From the NCBI RefSeq assembly GCF_023700755.1, contig NZ_JAMKOJ010000012.1, forward strand, positions 99,492-123,491: DNA of 24,000 nucleotides, in the 5' to 3' direction. The DNA comes from Allorhizobium sonneratiae. GTDB lineage: Bacteria; Pseudomonadota; Alphaproteobacteria; Rhizobiales; Rhizobiaceae. Below are positions 1 through 12,076 of the stretch, one piece after another; position 1 is the first letter of the stretch; every line of letters begins with the position of its first letter. The notes below the pieces were generated by a model. It ran no database searches. It was not told the DNA's origin and saw only the letters and a list, made by a program, of their open reading frames with translations. Both the position numbers and the translations under genes were made by a program.

Positions 1-2405
<2,405 letters not shown>

Positions 2406-2428
2406 TCGAGACAATATTCGCCGTCAAA

Positions 2429-2461
2429 AAAGCCGCGTCCGAAAGAACGCGGCTTTTTTTT
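2429..2461 (+). terminator. Rho-independent terminator downstream of gyrB
   Basis: AGCCGCGT-ccgaaaga-ACGCGGCT followed by TTTTTTT; 8-bp perfect stem plus T-tract 25 nt after the gyrB stop. A-tract on the 5' side suggests it may be bidirectional. Confidence 0.9.
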
Positions 2462-2480
2462 ATCGGGGAATGGTTAACAA

Positions 2481-2496
2481 TGATTCACGTGAAACA
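2481..2496. promoter_or_regulatory. parS-like palindrome (candidate ParB/Spo0J binding site)
   Basis: TGATTCACGTGAAACA versus the canonical parS TGTTTCACGTGAAACA: 15 of 16 identical. Lies in the convergent gap between gyrB and the nitroreductase gene. Confidence 0.55.
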
Positions 2497-2497
2497 T

Positions 2498-3100
2498 TTA
2501 CGCTTTAAATGTGCCTTCTGACGCAACGTCGGACAGCGGTTTGCGGCTGTTCGGCGTTTCCTTGGCTTGCAGGCCCTCAGGCAGAATAGACTTGTCGCCC
2601 ATCTTGCCGACAGCGATGGCAGCCTCGATCTTGTATTCCGAGGGCACGCCCATAACGGCGGCAGCCTTGTCAAAATCCACACCGGTCATGGCATGCGCAT
2701 GATAGCCGGAATGGATTGCCTGAAGCGCCATATAGCCCCAGGCTGCACCGGCATCGAAACTGTGGCTACGGGAGAGTTTGGGGGCGGAGCCATCGGCAGG
2801 ACGGCTGAGTGTATCGGAAATGACGAAGATCAGCGCCGAGGCATTCTTGGCCCAGCCCTGATTGAATTCGATCAGGGTTCCCAGCAAGGCGTCAAAATGC
2901 TTATCCCCCTTCAGCGCGTAGACGAAACGCCATGGCTGATAGTTGAAAGCGGAGGGGGCCCAGTGACCAGCTTCGATAATGGTCATCAACGTTGCGCGAT
3001 CCATCGCTTCGCCGGTAAAGGCGCGCGGTGACCAGCGATCAAGAAACATCGGGTGAATGGAATGGGTGGCGCTACGATTGTTGCTGTTCGTCATGATCAA
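2498..3100 (-). CDS. Nitroreductase family protein
   Basis: 200-aa ORF with the nitroreductase N-terminal signature (RWSPRAFTGEAMDRATLMTIIEAGHWAPSAFNYQPWRFVYA), later SFDAGAAWGYMALQAIHSGYHAHAMTGVD and C-terminal R.PLSDV. Confidence 0.85.
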   Translation of the reverse strand: MIMTNSNNRSATHSIHPMFLDRWSPRAFTGEAMDRATLMTIIEAGHWAPSAFNYQPWRFVYALKGDKHFDALLGTLIEFNQGWAKNASALIFVISDTLSRPADGSAPKLSRSHSFDAGAAWGYMALQAIHSGYHAHAMTGVDFDKAAAVMGVPSEYKIEAAIAVGKMGDKSILPEGLQAKETPNSRKPLSDVASEGTFKA

Positions 3101-3583
3101 TCCTGATGTCTGTGTGAAAATTTGACTGGTGTTTCCAGGCTATCGACATAGCACGGCATATTGGAAACGCCAGCGGTGAACAATTCCGTTCTATCTGTTG
3201 CGGTGCAAAAATATGTGTCACAATTGTCTTAACGCCCAAAGTGAGGAGACGTTCCGGATGCGGGCAAGGACCCATGAATTCCAGAGCATCGTTCGACCAA
3301 TAGGCGGTGCCATTTCGATGAAATCAGGCCATGCTGTTATAGATTTGACAGCAAAGCCCCTAAGCTCTTCCGGTCAGTTTTTCTGTCAAGTATGTAGATA
3401 TGCTAATTTTGTTTTTACCACGGTCTTTGCTAGAAAAATTAATGGATTTCATGATCTAATCCGTGTGAGATGAACACAAATACATCGAATACGTTCAATC
3501 GCAGTTGAACTTTGTCTGGCTGTTTCGTTCCCAGGGATGTGAATGCGGCATTTCAGGGGGAGTGGAACAGGAAAGGAACCGAA

Positions 3584-4861
3584 ATGTTCTATCAGCTATA
3601 TGAAATGAACCATGCCGCTCTGGCCCCGTTCCGGATGGTGGCGGATGCCATGCAACTGGCCTTTCGCAACCCTCTCAATCCAATGTCCTACACCATGCTC
3701 GGGCGGACAGTGGCTGCCAGTTCCGAGGTTTTCGAACGCGCCACCCGTCATTACGGCAAGCCTGACTTCGGTCTGAAAACCACGATGGTGAATGGCGAGG
3801 CGGTACGGGTCAGCGAAAATGTCGTCTGGTCCAGACCCTTCTGCAATCTGCTCCATTTCAGCCGCGCGCTGAAATCGCCCCGCCCGGATGATCCGAAAAT
3901 TCTGGTGGTGGCTCCCATGTCGGGGCATTATGCCACGCTGCTGCGCGGCACCGTTGAAGCGCTTCTGCCCCATGCCGATGTCTATATCACGGACTGGATC
4001 GATGCGCGCATGGTGCCGGTCACGGAAGGCCGTTTCGATCTTGACGATTACATCGATTATGTCATCGACATGCTGCATTTCCTTGGTCCACGCACCAATG
4101 TGGTGGGTGTGTGCCAGCCTTCTGTGCCGGTTCTGGCCGCCGTTGCACGGATGGAGGCGGAAGGCGATGCTTCTTCGCCTTCCTCAATGACACTGATGGG
4201 CGGCCCGATCGATACCCGCATCAACCCGACTGCCGTTAACGAACTGGCCAAGACCAAGCCGATCGAATGGTTTGAAGACAATGTCATTATGACGGTTCCC
4301 TGGCCGCTGCCGGGCTTCATGCGCTCGGTCTATCCCGGTTTTCTGCAATTGTCCGGCTTCATGTCGATGAACCTCGACCGTCACATGATTGCCCAGAAGG
4401 ATTTCTTCGTTCATCTGGTGAAGAATGACGGTGAGCCGGCAGAAAAGCATCGTGAATTCTATGACGAATATCTCGCCGTCATGGATCTGACCGCAGAATT
4501 CTATCTGCAGACCGTCAAGACCGTGTTCATGGATCACGCCCTGCCGAAGGGGGAGATGATGCATCGGGACAAGCCCGTCGATCTTTCCGCGATCCGCAAT
4601 ACCGCGCTTTTGACGGTTGAAGGTGAAAACGACGATATTTCCGGCGTCGGCCAGACCAAGGCGGCCCAGACGCTTTGCGTCAATCTGCCGGATGACAAGC
4701 GGATGCATTACATGCAGCCCGATGTCGGTCATTATGGTGTGTTCAACGGTTCACGCTTCCGCCGCGAGATTGCGCCGCGCATCATTGCCTTTGCCAAGGA
4801 GCACTCCAAGGGCGAAAACCGCATTGTGACGCGGGTGATCAAGGGCGGAAAGTCCGCCTGA
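3584..4861 (+). CDS. phaZ: Intracellular polyhydroxyalkanoate (PHB) depolymerase
   Basis: Start set at ATG 3584 (preceded by GAAAGGAAC) rather than the track's TTG at 3512. MFYQLYEMNHAALAPFRMVADAMQLAFRNPLNPMSYTMLGRTVAASSEVFERATRHYGKPDF..., VGVCQPSVPVLAAVARM and MTLMGGPIDTRINPTAVNELAK match the PHB depolymerase family. Confidence 0.88.
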   Translation: MFYQLYEMNHAALAPFRMVADAMQLAFRNPLNPMSYTMLGRTVAASSEVFERATRHYGKPDFGLKTTMVNGEAVRVSENVVWSRPFCNLLHFSRALKSPRPDDPKILVVAPMSGHYATLLRGTVEALLPHADVYITDWIDARMVPVTEGRFDLDDYIDYVIDMLHFLGPRTNVVGVCQPSVPVLAAVARMEAEGDASSPSSMTLMGGPIDTRINPTAVNELAKTKPIEWFEDNVIMTVPWPLPGFMRSVYPGFLQLSGFMSMNLDRHMIAQKDFFVHLVKNDGEPAEKHREFYDEYLAVMDLTAEFYLQTVKTVFMDHALPKGEMMHRDKPVDLSAIRNTALLTVEGENDDISGVGQTKAAQTLCVNLPDDKRMHYMQPDVGHYGVFNGSRFRREIAPRIIAFAKEHSKGENRIVTRVIKGGKSA

Positions 4862-4867
4862 AGGGTG

Positions 4868-4888
4868 AGCGATTTAGCCATCGCTTTT
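4868..4888 (+). terminator. Short hairpin terminator after phaZ
   Basis: AGCGAT-ttagcc-ATCGCT followed by TTT; 6-bp stem. Confidence 0.45.
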
Positions 4889-5039
4889 CAAGTATTTATA
4901 CGATTACACCGGGGGCCTTGCTTGAAGGTCCCCTTTTTCATTCCCATCTCGAAAAGACCGGAAACACAGGGTTTCCGATGAAGGCATCGGAGCAAACCGC
5001 GGCAATCGGTTATGAAAAATCCGCTGCCATAAAACGAGG

Positions 5040-5486
5040 ATGATGGAAATGAACCAGTCAGCCTTGCTGCGTCCGGACTGGACGCCTGCAACCGTTGCCC
5101 TGATGGTGCTGGGCTTTGTCGTGTTCTGGCCGCTTGGCCTGGCCATGCTGGCCTATATTCTCTTCGGTGAGCGCTTCAGGCACTTCAAGCATATGGCCAA
5201 TGAAAAGGCCGATAGCGTGTTCTCCGGATTTCGCACGGGCTGCCATCGCCGTTATGGCGCCTGGTCGGAGACCGGCAATGTCGCCTTTGACGATTGGCGC
5301 GATGCCGAGTTGAAACGGATTGAGGAAGAGCGCCGCAAGCTTGAAGCCATGCGGGAGGATTTCGAAGCCTATGTGCGGGAACTGCGCCGGGCCAAGGATC
5401 AGGAGGAGTTCGACCGTTTCATGCGCCAGCGTGACGCCCGCCGTCAGGGTGAAAACGGCGAGAACGCTTCAGGCTTTGCCGGATAA
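5040..5486 (+). CDS. DUF2852-like membrane-associated protein
   Basis: 148-aa ORF with one N-terminal hydrophobic helix (PATVALMVLGFVVFWPLGLAMLAYILFGERF) and a charged coiled C-terminus (FDDWRDAELKRIEEERRKLEAMREDFEAYVRELRRAKDQEEFDRFM), typical of alphaproteobacterial DUF2852 proteins; GAGG upstream of the start. Confidence 0.7.
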   Translation: MMEMNQSALLRPDWTPATVALMVLGFVVFWPLGLAMLAYILFGERFRHFKHMANEKADSVFSGFRTGCHRRYGAWSETGNVAFDDWRDAELKRIEEERRKLEAMREDFEAYVRELRRAKDQEEFDRFMRQRDARRQGENGENASGFAG

Positions 5487-5511
5487 GCCAATTTTATGAT
5501 AAGAGAGAACA

Positions 5512-5539
5512 CGTCGGCATCCTGTATGCCGGCGTTTTT
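5512..5539 (+). terminator. Rho-independent terminator
   Basis: CGTCGGCAT-cctgt-ATGCCGGCG followed by TTTTT; 9-bp stem with one G-T pair. Confidence 0.85.
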
Positions 5540-5567
5540 GTTTGCTCGAAACAGAGAAAAGCAACGG

Positions 5568-6332
5568 ATGCTTCCCGCCTTTCTGCGCACGCCGGTGCGC
5601 CACCTGAAACGCGCCAAAGGCCCTGAGGAGCGTGTGCTGCAGATTGCCGGTCGCGCCATCCCGCTGACGATCCGGGAAAACAGCCGCGCCAGCCGGATCA
5701 CGCTGCGGATCGAACCGGGTGGGCGGGCGCTGAAAATGACGGTGCCGAAGGGATTACGAAAGAGCGAGATCGAGCAGTTTCTTGTCCGTCATCAGGGCTG
5801 GATGGAAACCCGTCTGGCGAAATTTTCCGGCGACAACCGGGTCAAGGCCGGCGGCACCCTTCTGTTTCGTGGCGTACCGCACCGCATCCATCATACGGGG
5901 CAGTTGCGCGGGTTGACCGAAGCAGTGCTCATCGATGACGAGCCGGTGATCAGGGTCAGCGGTCTGGAGGAGCATGTCGGGCGCCGGCTCAGCGCCTTTT
6001 TGAAAAAGGAAGCCCGCAGCGATCTCGAACGCTTGGTGTCCCATCACACGGAACGGCTTGGCAAAAAGCCCGGCAGCATCACCATGAAGGATACCCGCAG
6101 CCGCTGGGGCTCCTGTTCCTGGAACGGAAACCTGAGCTTTTCCTGGCGCATCGTCATGGCTCCGCCTGCGGTGATCGACTATCTCGCCGCACATGAAGTG
6201 GCACATCTCAAGGAAATGAACCATGGTCCGCAATTCTGGGCCCTGTGCGAAAACTTGTGTCCGGGCATGGAGACGGCGAAGGCCTGGCTGAAGCGACATG
6301 GATCGGAACTTCATGCACTGGATTTTGAGTAG
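5568..6332 (+). CDS. M48 / YgjP-like (DUF45) zinc metallopeptidase
   Basis: ITMKDTRSRWGSCSWNGNLSFSWRIVMAPPAVIDYLAAHEVAHLKEMNHGPQFWALCENLCP, with the HExxH...H zinc motif. Start moved to ATG 5568 because the track's 5496 start would place the upstream terminator hairpin inside the CDS. Confidence 0.85.
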   Translation: MLPAFLRTPVRHLKRAKGPEERVLQIAGRAIPLTIRENSRASRITLRIEPGGRALKMTVPKGLRKSEIEQFLVRHQGWMETRLAKFSGDNRVKAGGTLLFRGVPHRIHHTGQLRGLTEAVLIDDEPVIRVSGLEEHVGRRLSAFLKKEARSDLERLVSHHTERLGKKPGSITMKDTRSRWGSCSWNGNLSFSWRIVMAPPAVIDYLAAHEVAHLKEMNHGPQFWALCENLCPGMETAKAWLKRHGSELHALDFE

Positions 6333-6385
6333 AGCATAGGGCGAAAAAGTGGGACCCGGTTTTCGGAAAAATGTCATAAATTACT
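6330..6385. repeat. Degenerate rhizobial intergenic palindromic element (RIME-like)
   Basis: GAGCATAGGGCGAAAAAGTGGGACCCGGTTTTCGGAAAAATGTCATAA resembles the widespread rhizobial intergenic pattern GAGCATg..CGAAAAGTG...GGTTTTCGg...; CGAAAA/TTTTCG arms are visible. Family assignment is from memory. Confidence 0.5.
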
Positions 6386-6419
6386 CGACTCAAACCTGAT
6401 TTCATGCGACGTCGCTGCC

Positions 6420-7085
6420 ATGACACCGGATATCAAGATTTGCGGACTGAAGACGGTCGAGGCGGTCGAAAAGGCGGTCAGCCTTGGCGCCAGCCATGTC
6501 GGCTTCATTTTCTTTGAAAAAAGCCCCCGCCATATCGAGCCCGATCTCGCTGGCAGGATTGCCGAGGCGGCAAGGGGCAGGGCAAAAATCGTCGCCGTCA
6601 CGGTGAATGCCGATACCGACGATCTCGATGACATTGTTTATCTGCTGAAGCCCGACATGCTGCAACTGCATGGTCATGAGACGCCGGAGCAGGTGCTGAC
6701 CGTCAAGGCGCTCTATAATCTGCCGGTCATCAAGGCTATGGCCATTCACGAAGCGGCTGATCTTGAGCGTATCGATCCCTATATAGGGATCGTCGACCGG
6801 TTTCTTTTCGAGGCCAAGCCGCCGAAAGGATCGGAATTGCCGGGCGGCAATGGCGTCACCTTCGATTGGACCGTGCTCAGAAATCTTGACGCCGGGGTGA
6901 ATTACATGCTTTCCGGTGGACTGAACAGCGACAATGTCGGACAGGCGCTGGCAGAGACCGGGGCGAGGGGCCTTGATGTGTCCTCCGGCGTCGAAAGTGC
7001 GCCGGGCGTCAAGGATCTTTCCCGCATGGAAGCGTTTTTTGCCGCCGTCAAACAGGCGGTATCGGGACCAAGGAGTAAACAGTGA
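6420..7085 (+). CDS. trpF: Phosphoribosylanthranilate isomerase
   Basis: [44 protein letters not shown]..., [43 protein letters not shown]. Confidence 0.96.
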   Translation: MTPDIKICGLKTVEAVEKAVSLGASHVGFIFFEKSPRHIEPDLAGRIAEAARGRAKIVAVTVNADTDDLDDIVYLLKPDMLQLHGHETPEQVLTVKALYNLPVIKAMAIHEAADLERIDPYIGIVDRFLFEAKPPKGSELPGGNGVTFDWTVLRNLDAGVNYMLSGGLNSDNVGQALAETGARGLDVSSGVESAPGVKDLSRMEAFFAAVKQAVSGPRSKQ

Positions 7086-8302
7086 CCCAGAACCCAACCC
7101 CGAATTCCTTCCGGGCGGGGCCGGATGAAGATGGACGTTTCGGCCTGTTTGGCGGACGTTTTGTCGCCGAAACCCTGATGCCGCTGATCCTCGACCTGCA
7201 GGGCGAGTGGAACAAGGCCAAGACCGATCCGGAATTCAAGGCCGAGCTGGATCATCTCAACACCCATTATACCGGTCGTCCGAGCCCGCTTTATTTCGCC
7301 GAGCGGCTGACGGCGGAACTGGGCGGTGCGAAAATCTATTTCAAGCGCGATGAGCTGAACCACACCGGCTCGCACAAGATCAACAATTGCCTCGGCCAGA
7401 TCCTTCTGGCCAAGCGCATGGGCAAGACCCGCATCATCGCCGAAACCGGTGCCGGTCAGCATGGTGTGGCCTCCGCCACGGTCGCGGCCCGTTTCGGCCT
7501 GCCCTGTATCGTTTATATGGGCGCGACCGATGTCGAGCGTCAGGCGCCGAATGTCTTCCGCATGAAGCTTCTGGGTGCCGAAGTGCGTCCCGTCACCTCC
7601 GGTCATGGCACATTGAAGGACGCCATGAATGAGGCGCTTCGCGACTGGGTAACCAATGTTGACGAAACCTATTACATGATCGGCACGGCGGCAGGCCCGC
7701 ATCCCTATCCAGAAATGGTACGGGAGTTTCAATCGGTGATCGGCAAGGAAGCGCGCGAGCAGATGCTGGCAGCCGAAGGCCGCCTGCCGGATATGCTGGT
7801 GGCGGCAGTGGGCGGTGGCTCCAATGCCATCGGTCTCTTCCATCCCTTCCTTGATGACAAGGGCGTGCGCATTGTCGGCGTTGAGGCAGGCGGCAAGGGG
7901 CTGGACGGCGAAGAGCATTGCGCCTCGTTGACGGCGGGGTCTCCCGGCGTTCTGCATGGCAACCGCACCTATCTGCTTCAGGATGGTGACGGCCAGATCA
8001 AGGAAGGCCACTCGATTTCCGCCGGTCTCGATTATCCGGGCATCGGTCCCGAACATTCCTGGCTGAAGGATATGGGCCGGGTGGAGTATGTGCCGATCAT
8101 GGATCATGAGGCACTGGAGGCTTTCCAGCTTCTCACCCGCACGGAAGGCATCATTCCGGCGCTGGAGCCGAGCCATGCACTGGCGGAAGTGATCAAGCGC
8201 GCACCGAAAATGGGCAAGGACGAGATCATCCTGATGAATCTCTGCGGCCGTGGCGACAAGGACATCTTTACCGTCGGCAAAATTCTGGGAATGGGGCTCT
8301 GA
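7082..8302 (+). CDS. trpB: Tryptophan synthase beta chain
   Basis: [20 protein letters not shown]..., [43 protein letters not shown]; GTG start overlaps the trpF TGA (GTGA, 7082-7085). Confidence 0.97.
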   Translation: MTQNPTPNSFRAGPDEDGRFGLFGGRFVAETLMPLILDLQGEWNKAKTDPEFKAELDHLNTHYTGRPSPLYFAERLTAELGGAKIYFKRDELNHTGSHKINNCLGQILLAKRMGKTRIIAETGAGQHGVASATVAARFGLPCIVYMGATDVERQAPNVFRMKLLGAEVRPVTSGHGTLKDAMNEALRDWVTNVDETYYMIGTAAGPHPYPEMVREFQSVIGKEAREQMLAAEGRLPDMLVAAVGGGSNAIGLFHPFLDDKGVRIVGVEAGGKGLDGEEHCASLTAGSPGVLHGNRTYLLQDGDGQIKEGHSISAGLDYPGIGPEHSWLKDMGRVEYVPIMDHEALEAFQLLTRTEGIIPALEPSHALAEVIKRAPKMGKDEIILMNLCGRGDKDIFTVGKILGMGL

Positions 8303-8303
8303 C

Positions 8304-9143
8304 ATGACCGCACGTATGGACAAACGCTTTGCGGACCTGAAGGCCGAAGGCCGTCCGGCACTCGTCACCTATTTCATGGGGGGCGATCCGGATTTCGAAA
8401 CCTCGCTGGCGATCATGAAGGCCCTGCCGAAGGCAGGCTCCGATGTGATCGAGCTGGGCATGCCCTTTTCCGATCCGATGGCTGATGGCCCGGCCATTCA
8501 GCTCGCCGGTCAACGCGCGTTGAAAGCGGGCCAGACGCTGGCCAAGACACTGGATCTGGCGCGTAAATTCCGCGAAAGCGATCAGGATACGCCGATCGTG
8601 ATGATGGGATATTACAATCCCATCTATATCTATGGCGTTGAAAAATTCCTCGACGATGCGCTGGAAGCAGGCATTGACGGGCTGATCGTCGTCGATCTGC
8701 CGCCGGAAATGGATGATGAATTGTGCCTGCCGGCGCGCAGCCGCGACATTAATTTCATTCGCCTTGCCACGCCGACCACCGATGACAAGCGTCTGCCGAC
8801 GGTGCTGAAAAACACCTCCGGCTTTGTCTATTACGTGTCGATGAACGGGATTACCGGCTCGGCCTTGCCGGATCCGTCAAAGGTGTCGGCGGCGGTTTCT
8901 CGCATCAAGAGCCGTACGGATCTGCCGGTCTGCGTCGGCTTCGGGGTCAAGACGGCGGAGCATGCCAGGCTGATCGGCGCCAGCGCCGATGGCGTGGTGG
9001 TCGGCACCGCTATCGTTAACCAGGTGTCAATGAGCCTGACGAAAGACGGTCATGCCAGCGCCGATACGGTGGAAGCCGTGGCGACGCTGGTGCGTGGGCT
9101 TGCAGGCGGCGTGCGTGAAGCCCGCCTTGCCGCAGCGCAATAG
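8304..9143 (+). CDS. trpA: Tryptophan synthase alpha chain
   Basis: [66 protein letters not shown]...; starts 1 nt after the trpB stop. The track start at 8250 would overlap trpB. Confidence 0.96.
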   Translation: MTARMDKRFADLKAEGRPALVTYFMGGDPDFETSLAIMKALPKAGSDVIELGMPFSDPMADGPAIQLAGQRALKAGQTLAKTLDLARKFRESDQDTPIVMMGYYNPIYIYGVEKFLDDALEAGIDGLIVVDLPPEMDDELCLPARSRDINFIRLATPTTDDKRLPTVLKNTSGFVYYVSMNGITGSALPDPSKVSAAVSRIKSRTDLPVCVGFGVKTAEHARLIGASADGVVVGTAIVNQVSMSLTKDGHASADTVEAVATLVRGLAGGVREARLAAAQ

Positions 9144-9186
9144 TGCCTCTATCATCCGGCCATTGCAGACCAATGGAGTATTCAAA

Positions 9187-10083
9187 GTGAACTGGATTAC
9201 GAATTACGTTCGCCCGCGCATCAATTCCATGCTCGGCCGCCGCGAAGTCCCGGAAAATCTCTGGATCAAATGCCCGGAAACGGGTGAAATGGTCTTCCAC
9301 AAGGATCTGGAAGAAAACAAGTGGGTCATTCCCGCCTCCGGCTATCATATGAAAATGCCGGCCAAGGCCCGTCTTGCCGATCTTTTCGACAATGGCGACT
9401 ATGAAGCCCTGCCGCAGCCGAAAGTGGCGCAGGACCCGCTGAAATTCCGCGATTCCAAGCGCTATACCGACCGCCTCAAGGACAGCCGCCTCAAGACCGA
9501 GCAGGACGACACGATTGTCGCCGGTCTCGGTACGGTCAAAGGCGTCAAGCTGGTGGCCGTGGTGCATGAGTTCAATTTCATGGGTGGCTCGCTTGGGCTT
9601 GCAGCCGGTGAAGCCATCGTCAAGGCTTTCGAGCGGGCACTGAAGGAAAAATGCCCGCTGGTGATGTTCCCGGCCTCGGGCGGCGCGCGTATGCAGGAAG
9701 GCATTCTGTCGCTGATGCAGCTGCCGCGCACCACCGTTGCCGTCAACATGCTGAAGGAAGCGGGCCTGCCTTATATCGTCGTGCTGACCAACCCGACCAC
9801 GGGCGGCGTCACCGCTTCTTACGCCATGCTGGGCGACCTGCATATTGCCGAACCGGGTGCTGAAATCTGCTTTGCCGGCAAGCGCGTGATTGAACAGACC
9901 ATCCGCGAAAAGCTGCCGGAAGGCTTTCAGACCTCGGAATATCTGCTGGAACACGGCATGGTCGATATGGTCATCAGCCGTCATGAGATCCCCTCCACCT
10001 TGGCGCGGGTGTTGACGATCATGATGAAGCAACCGGCGATCTCGAAAGAAACCGCTCTGGCGCGGGTGCCGGACGCAGCCTGA
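9187..10083 (+). CDS. accD: Acetyl-CoA carboxylase carboxyltransferase subunit beta
   Basis: (M)[56 protein letters not shown]..., [39 protein letters not shown] start at 9187. Confidence 0.96.
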   Translation: MNWITNYVRPRINSMLGRREVPENLWIKCPETGEMVFHKDLEENKWVIPASGYHMKMPAKARLADLFDNGDYEALPQPKVAQDPLKFRDSKRYTDRLKDSRLKTEQDDTIVAGLGTVKGVKLVAVVHEFNFMGGSLGLAAGEAIVKAFERALKEKCPLVMFPASGGARMQEGILSLMQLPRTTVAVNMLKEAGLPYIVVLTNPTTGGVTASYAMLGDLHIAEPGAEICFAGKRVIEQTIREKLPEGFQTSEYLLEHGMVDMVISRHEIPSTLARVLTIMMKQPAISKETALARVPDAA

Positions 10084-10114
10084 GGTTTTTATTCTCTCAC
10101 GCAAGAGACCATGG

Positions 10115-10145
10115 CGTCGCTCCCCTGACAGGGGGCGGCGTTTTT
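10115..10145 (+). terminator. Terminator between accD and folC
   Basis: CGTCGCTCCCC-tgaca-GGGGGCGGCG followed by TTTTT; imperfect GC-rich stem. Confidence 0.7.
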
Positions 10146-10176
10146 AACAGAAGCAGACACAGACCCGGAACAGCAG

Positions 10177-11520
10177 ATGCCAGACAGAGCCGCGAGCGAA
10201 GCCGAACAGGTCATCAATGCCTTGATGCGCCTTCATCCCAAAGGGTTCGATCTGGCGCTGGAGCGGATCAAAAGGCTGCTGGACAAGCTGGGCAATCCGC
10301 AGGACCGGCTGCCGCCGGTCATTCATGTGGCGGGCACCAATGGCAAGGGTTCGACCTCGGCCTTTTGCCGGGCGCTGCTGGAGGCGGCGGGGCTTGCCGT
10401 TCATGTTCACACCTCGCCGCATCTGGTCAACTGGCACGAGCGCTACCGCCTCGGCGTCAAGGGCAGAGCGGGCCATCTGGTGCAGGACAAGGTGCTGGCC
10501 GACGCATTGAACCGGGTGGCCGAGGTCAATGACGGTCAGCCGATCACCGTGTTCGAGCTGCTGACAGCGGCGGCCTTTCTCCTCTTTGCTGAACATCCCG
10601 CCGATGCGGTGATCATGGAGGTCGGGCTTGGCGGACGGCTGGACTGCACCAATGTCATCGATAAACCGGCCGTCTCGGTGATCATGCCGATTTCCTTCGA
10701 CCATCAGGCCTATCTCGGCGATACGGTGGAGCTGATCGCGGCGGAAAAGGCAGGCATCATGAAGCGCCATTGCCCGGTGGTGATCGGCCAGCAGGGTTTT
10801 GAGGAGGCGCGTGAGACGCTGATTGAAAAGGCGGAGCGGCTTTCCTGTCCGCTCTTCGTCTTCGGCCAGGATTATATCGCTTTCGAGGAACATGGGCGTC
10901 TTGTCTATCAGGATGAATTCGGCCTGATGGACCTGCCTTTGCCGCGCCTGCCGGGCCGCCACCAATATGCCAATGCCGCCGCCGCCATCCGGGCCGTGCG
11001 CGCCGCAGGTTTCACCGTCACCGAGGCCGTGGCGGAAAAGGCGATGCAGACGGTGGAATGGCCGGGACGGCTACAAAAACTCGTGAATGGCAATCTGATG
11101 ACCTATGCGCCGAATGACGCGGAAATCTGGGTCGATGGCGGCCACAATCCCGGTGCCGGCGAGGTGATCGCCGAGGCCATGGCCGGGTTTGAAGAACGCC
11201 AGCCGCGCCCGCTCTATCTCATCATCGGCATGCTGAACACCAAGGACCCTATTGGCTATTTCAAGGCCTTCGAGGGGCTGGCTGTCATGGCCTTCACCGT
11301 GCCGATCCGCGGCACGGACAATGCGCTGGACCCGGTGGTGCTGGCCAATGCCGCCTATGATGCCGGCGTCACGGCAGAGCCGGTCTCCTCCGTCGCCGAC
11401 GCACTCGCCGCCATCCGTGCCCGCGTCAAAGGTCAGCCCACGCCACCTCGCATTCTGATCGGCGGCTCACTCTATGTCGTCGGAAACGTGCTGGCGGATA
11501 ACGGCACGCCGCCGGTGTGA
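10177..11520 (+). CDS. folC: Bifunctional folylpolyglutamate synthase / dihydrofolate synthase
   Basis: FDLALERIKRLLDKLGNPQDRLPPVIHVAGTNGKGSTSAFCRALLEAAGLAVHVHTSPHLVNWHERYRL..., IMEVGLGGRLDCTNVI, WVDGGHNPGAG. Confidence 0.96.
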   Translation: MPDRAASEAEQVINALMRLHPKGFDLALERIKRLLDKLGNPQDRLPPVIHVAGTNGKGSTSAFCRALLEAAGLAVHVHTSPHLVNWHERYRLGVKGRAGHLVQDKVLADALNRVAEVNDGQPITVFELLTAAAFLLFAEHPADAVIMEVGLGGRLDCTNVIDKPAVSVIMPISFDHQAYLGDTVELIAAEKAGIMKRHCPVVIGQQGFEEARETLIEKAERLSCPLFVFGQDYIAFEEHGRLVYQDEFGLMDLPLPRLPGRHQYANAAAAIRAVRAAGFTVTEAVAEKAMQTVEWPGRLQKLVNGNLMTYAPNDAEIWVDGGHNPGAGEVIAEAMAGFEERQPRPLYLIIGMLNTKDPIGYFKAFEGLAVMAFTVPIRGTDNALDPVVLANAAYDAGVTAEPVSSVADALAAIRARVKGQPTPPRILIGGSLYVVGNVLADNGTPPV

Positions 11521-11559
11521 GTTTCTTATCGGGCAGGGATTGTCCGCAGGCGCTTTTAA

Positions 11560-11952
11560 ATGTCCTATAATAAATTAACGCCCCTTCGATTAGGTCCCTT
11601 GCCGATCGATAAGCTAAAAGATTTCGGTATTTTAACCCCGCCGGGAGAGGTCATCTTTACCGTTGCAGCTCAGAAACACGCCATAAAGGGCCATGCTGCC
11701 GAATTCGCCTTGTGTTTGCGCTATATTGAGCGAGCTGTTCAAACGCCAACCTATGTCGGTCAGGCTCCTCAACATAAGAATCTGGGTGTCGAACTGATTT
11801 ATGAGCATGTCGTGGATCGGGTCATTATCCTCGTTGCTGTTCATCTCGAACAGACGCCTGAAGGATTTTACATCGTCAAATCTACCTATCCGATTTCCAA
11901 AGATAAGCTGGAACGTCGGATTCGGAAAAAATTCCTGATGGCAACCCAATAA
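11560..11952 (+). CDS. Small accessory protein, candidate BECR-fold (PBECR-like) nuclease domain
   Basis: 130-aa ORF MSYNKLTPLRLGPLPIDKLKDFGILTPPGEVIFTVAAQKHAIKGHAAEFALCLRYIERAVQTPTYVGQAPQHKNLGVELIYEHVVDRVIILVAVHLEQTPEGFYIVKSTYPISKDKLERRIRKKFL. ORF and following terminator support it as a gene; the fold assignment (pattern H..., P.YVG..P, ..ILVAV, ..G.Y.V.S.YP) is tentative recollection. Confidence 0.65.
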   Translation: MSYNKLTPLRLGPLPIDKLKDFGILTPPGEVIFTVAAQKHAIKGHAAEFALCLRYIERAVQTPTYVGQAPQHKNLGVELIYEHVVDRVIILVAVHLEQTPEGFYIVKSTYPISKDKLERRIRKKFLMATQ

Positions 11953-11979
11953 AAAACCCCGCTAGGAGCGGGGCCTTTA
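11951..11979 (+). terminator. Rho-independent terminator after the 130-aa ORF
   Basis: AAAAAA-CCCCGCT-agg-AGCGGGG-CCTTTAT; perfect 7-bp stem directly at the stop codon. The 5' A-run suggests it may also act on the minus strand. Confidence 0.75.
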
Positions 11980-12076
11980 TCAGTTTTCGGCGGGTGCTAA
12001 AGTCCGCATCTCTTGGTCTTTCGACTACTGACCACTCTTGCGAATGGCGCGTGGGGAAGCCGTTCCCACCTCGAAA

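Noticed and set aside
6902-10104. Long minus-strand ORFs (488 aa at 6902..8368 and 362 aa at 9016..10104) opposite trpB/trpA and accD
   Set aside because: They lie wholly antisense to confidently assigned housekeeping genes. Their His/Arg/Gln-rich composition is typical of shadow ORFs in high-GC DNA.
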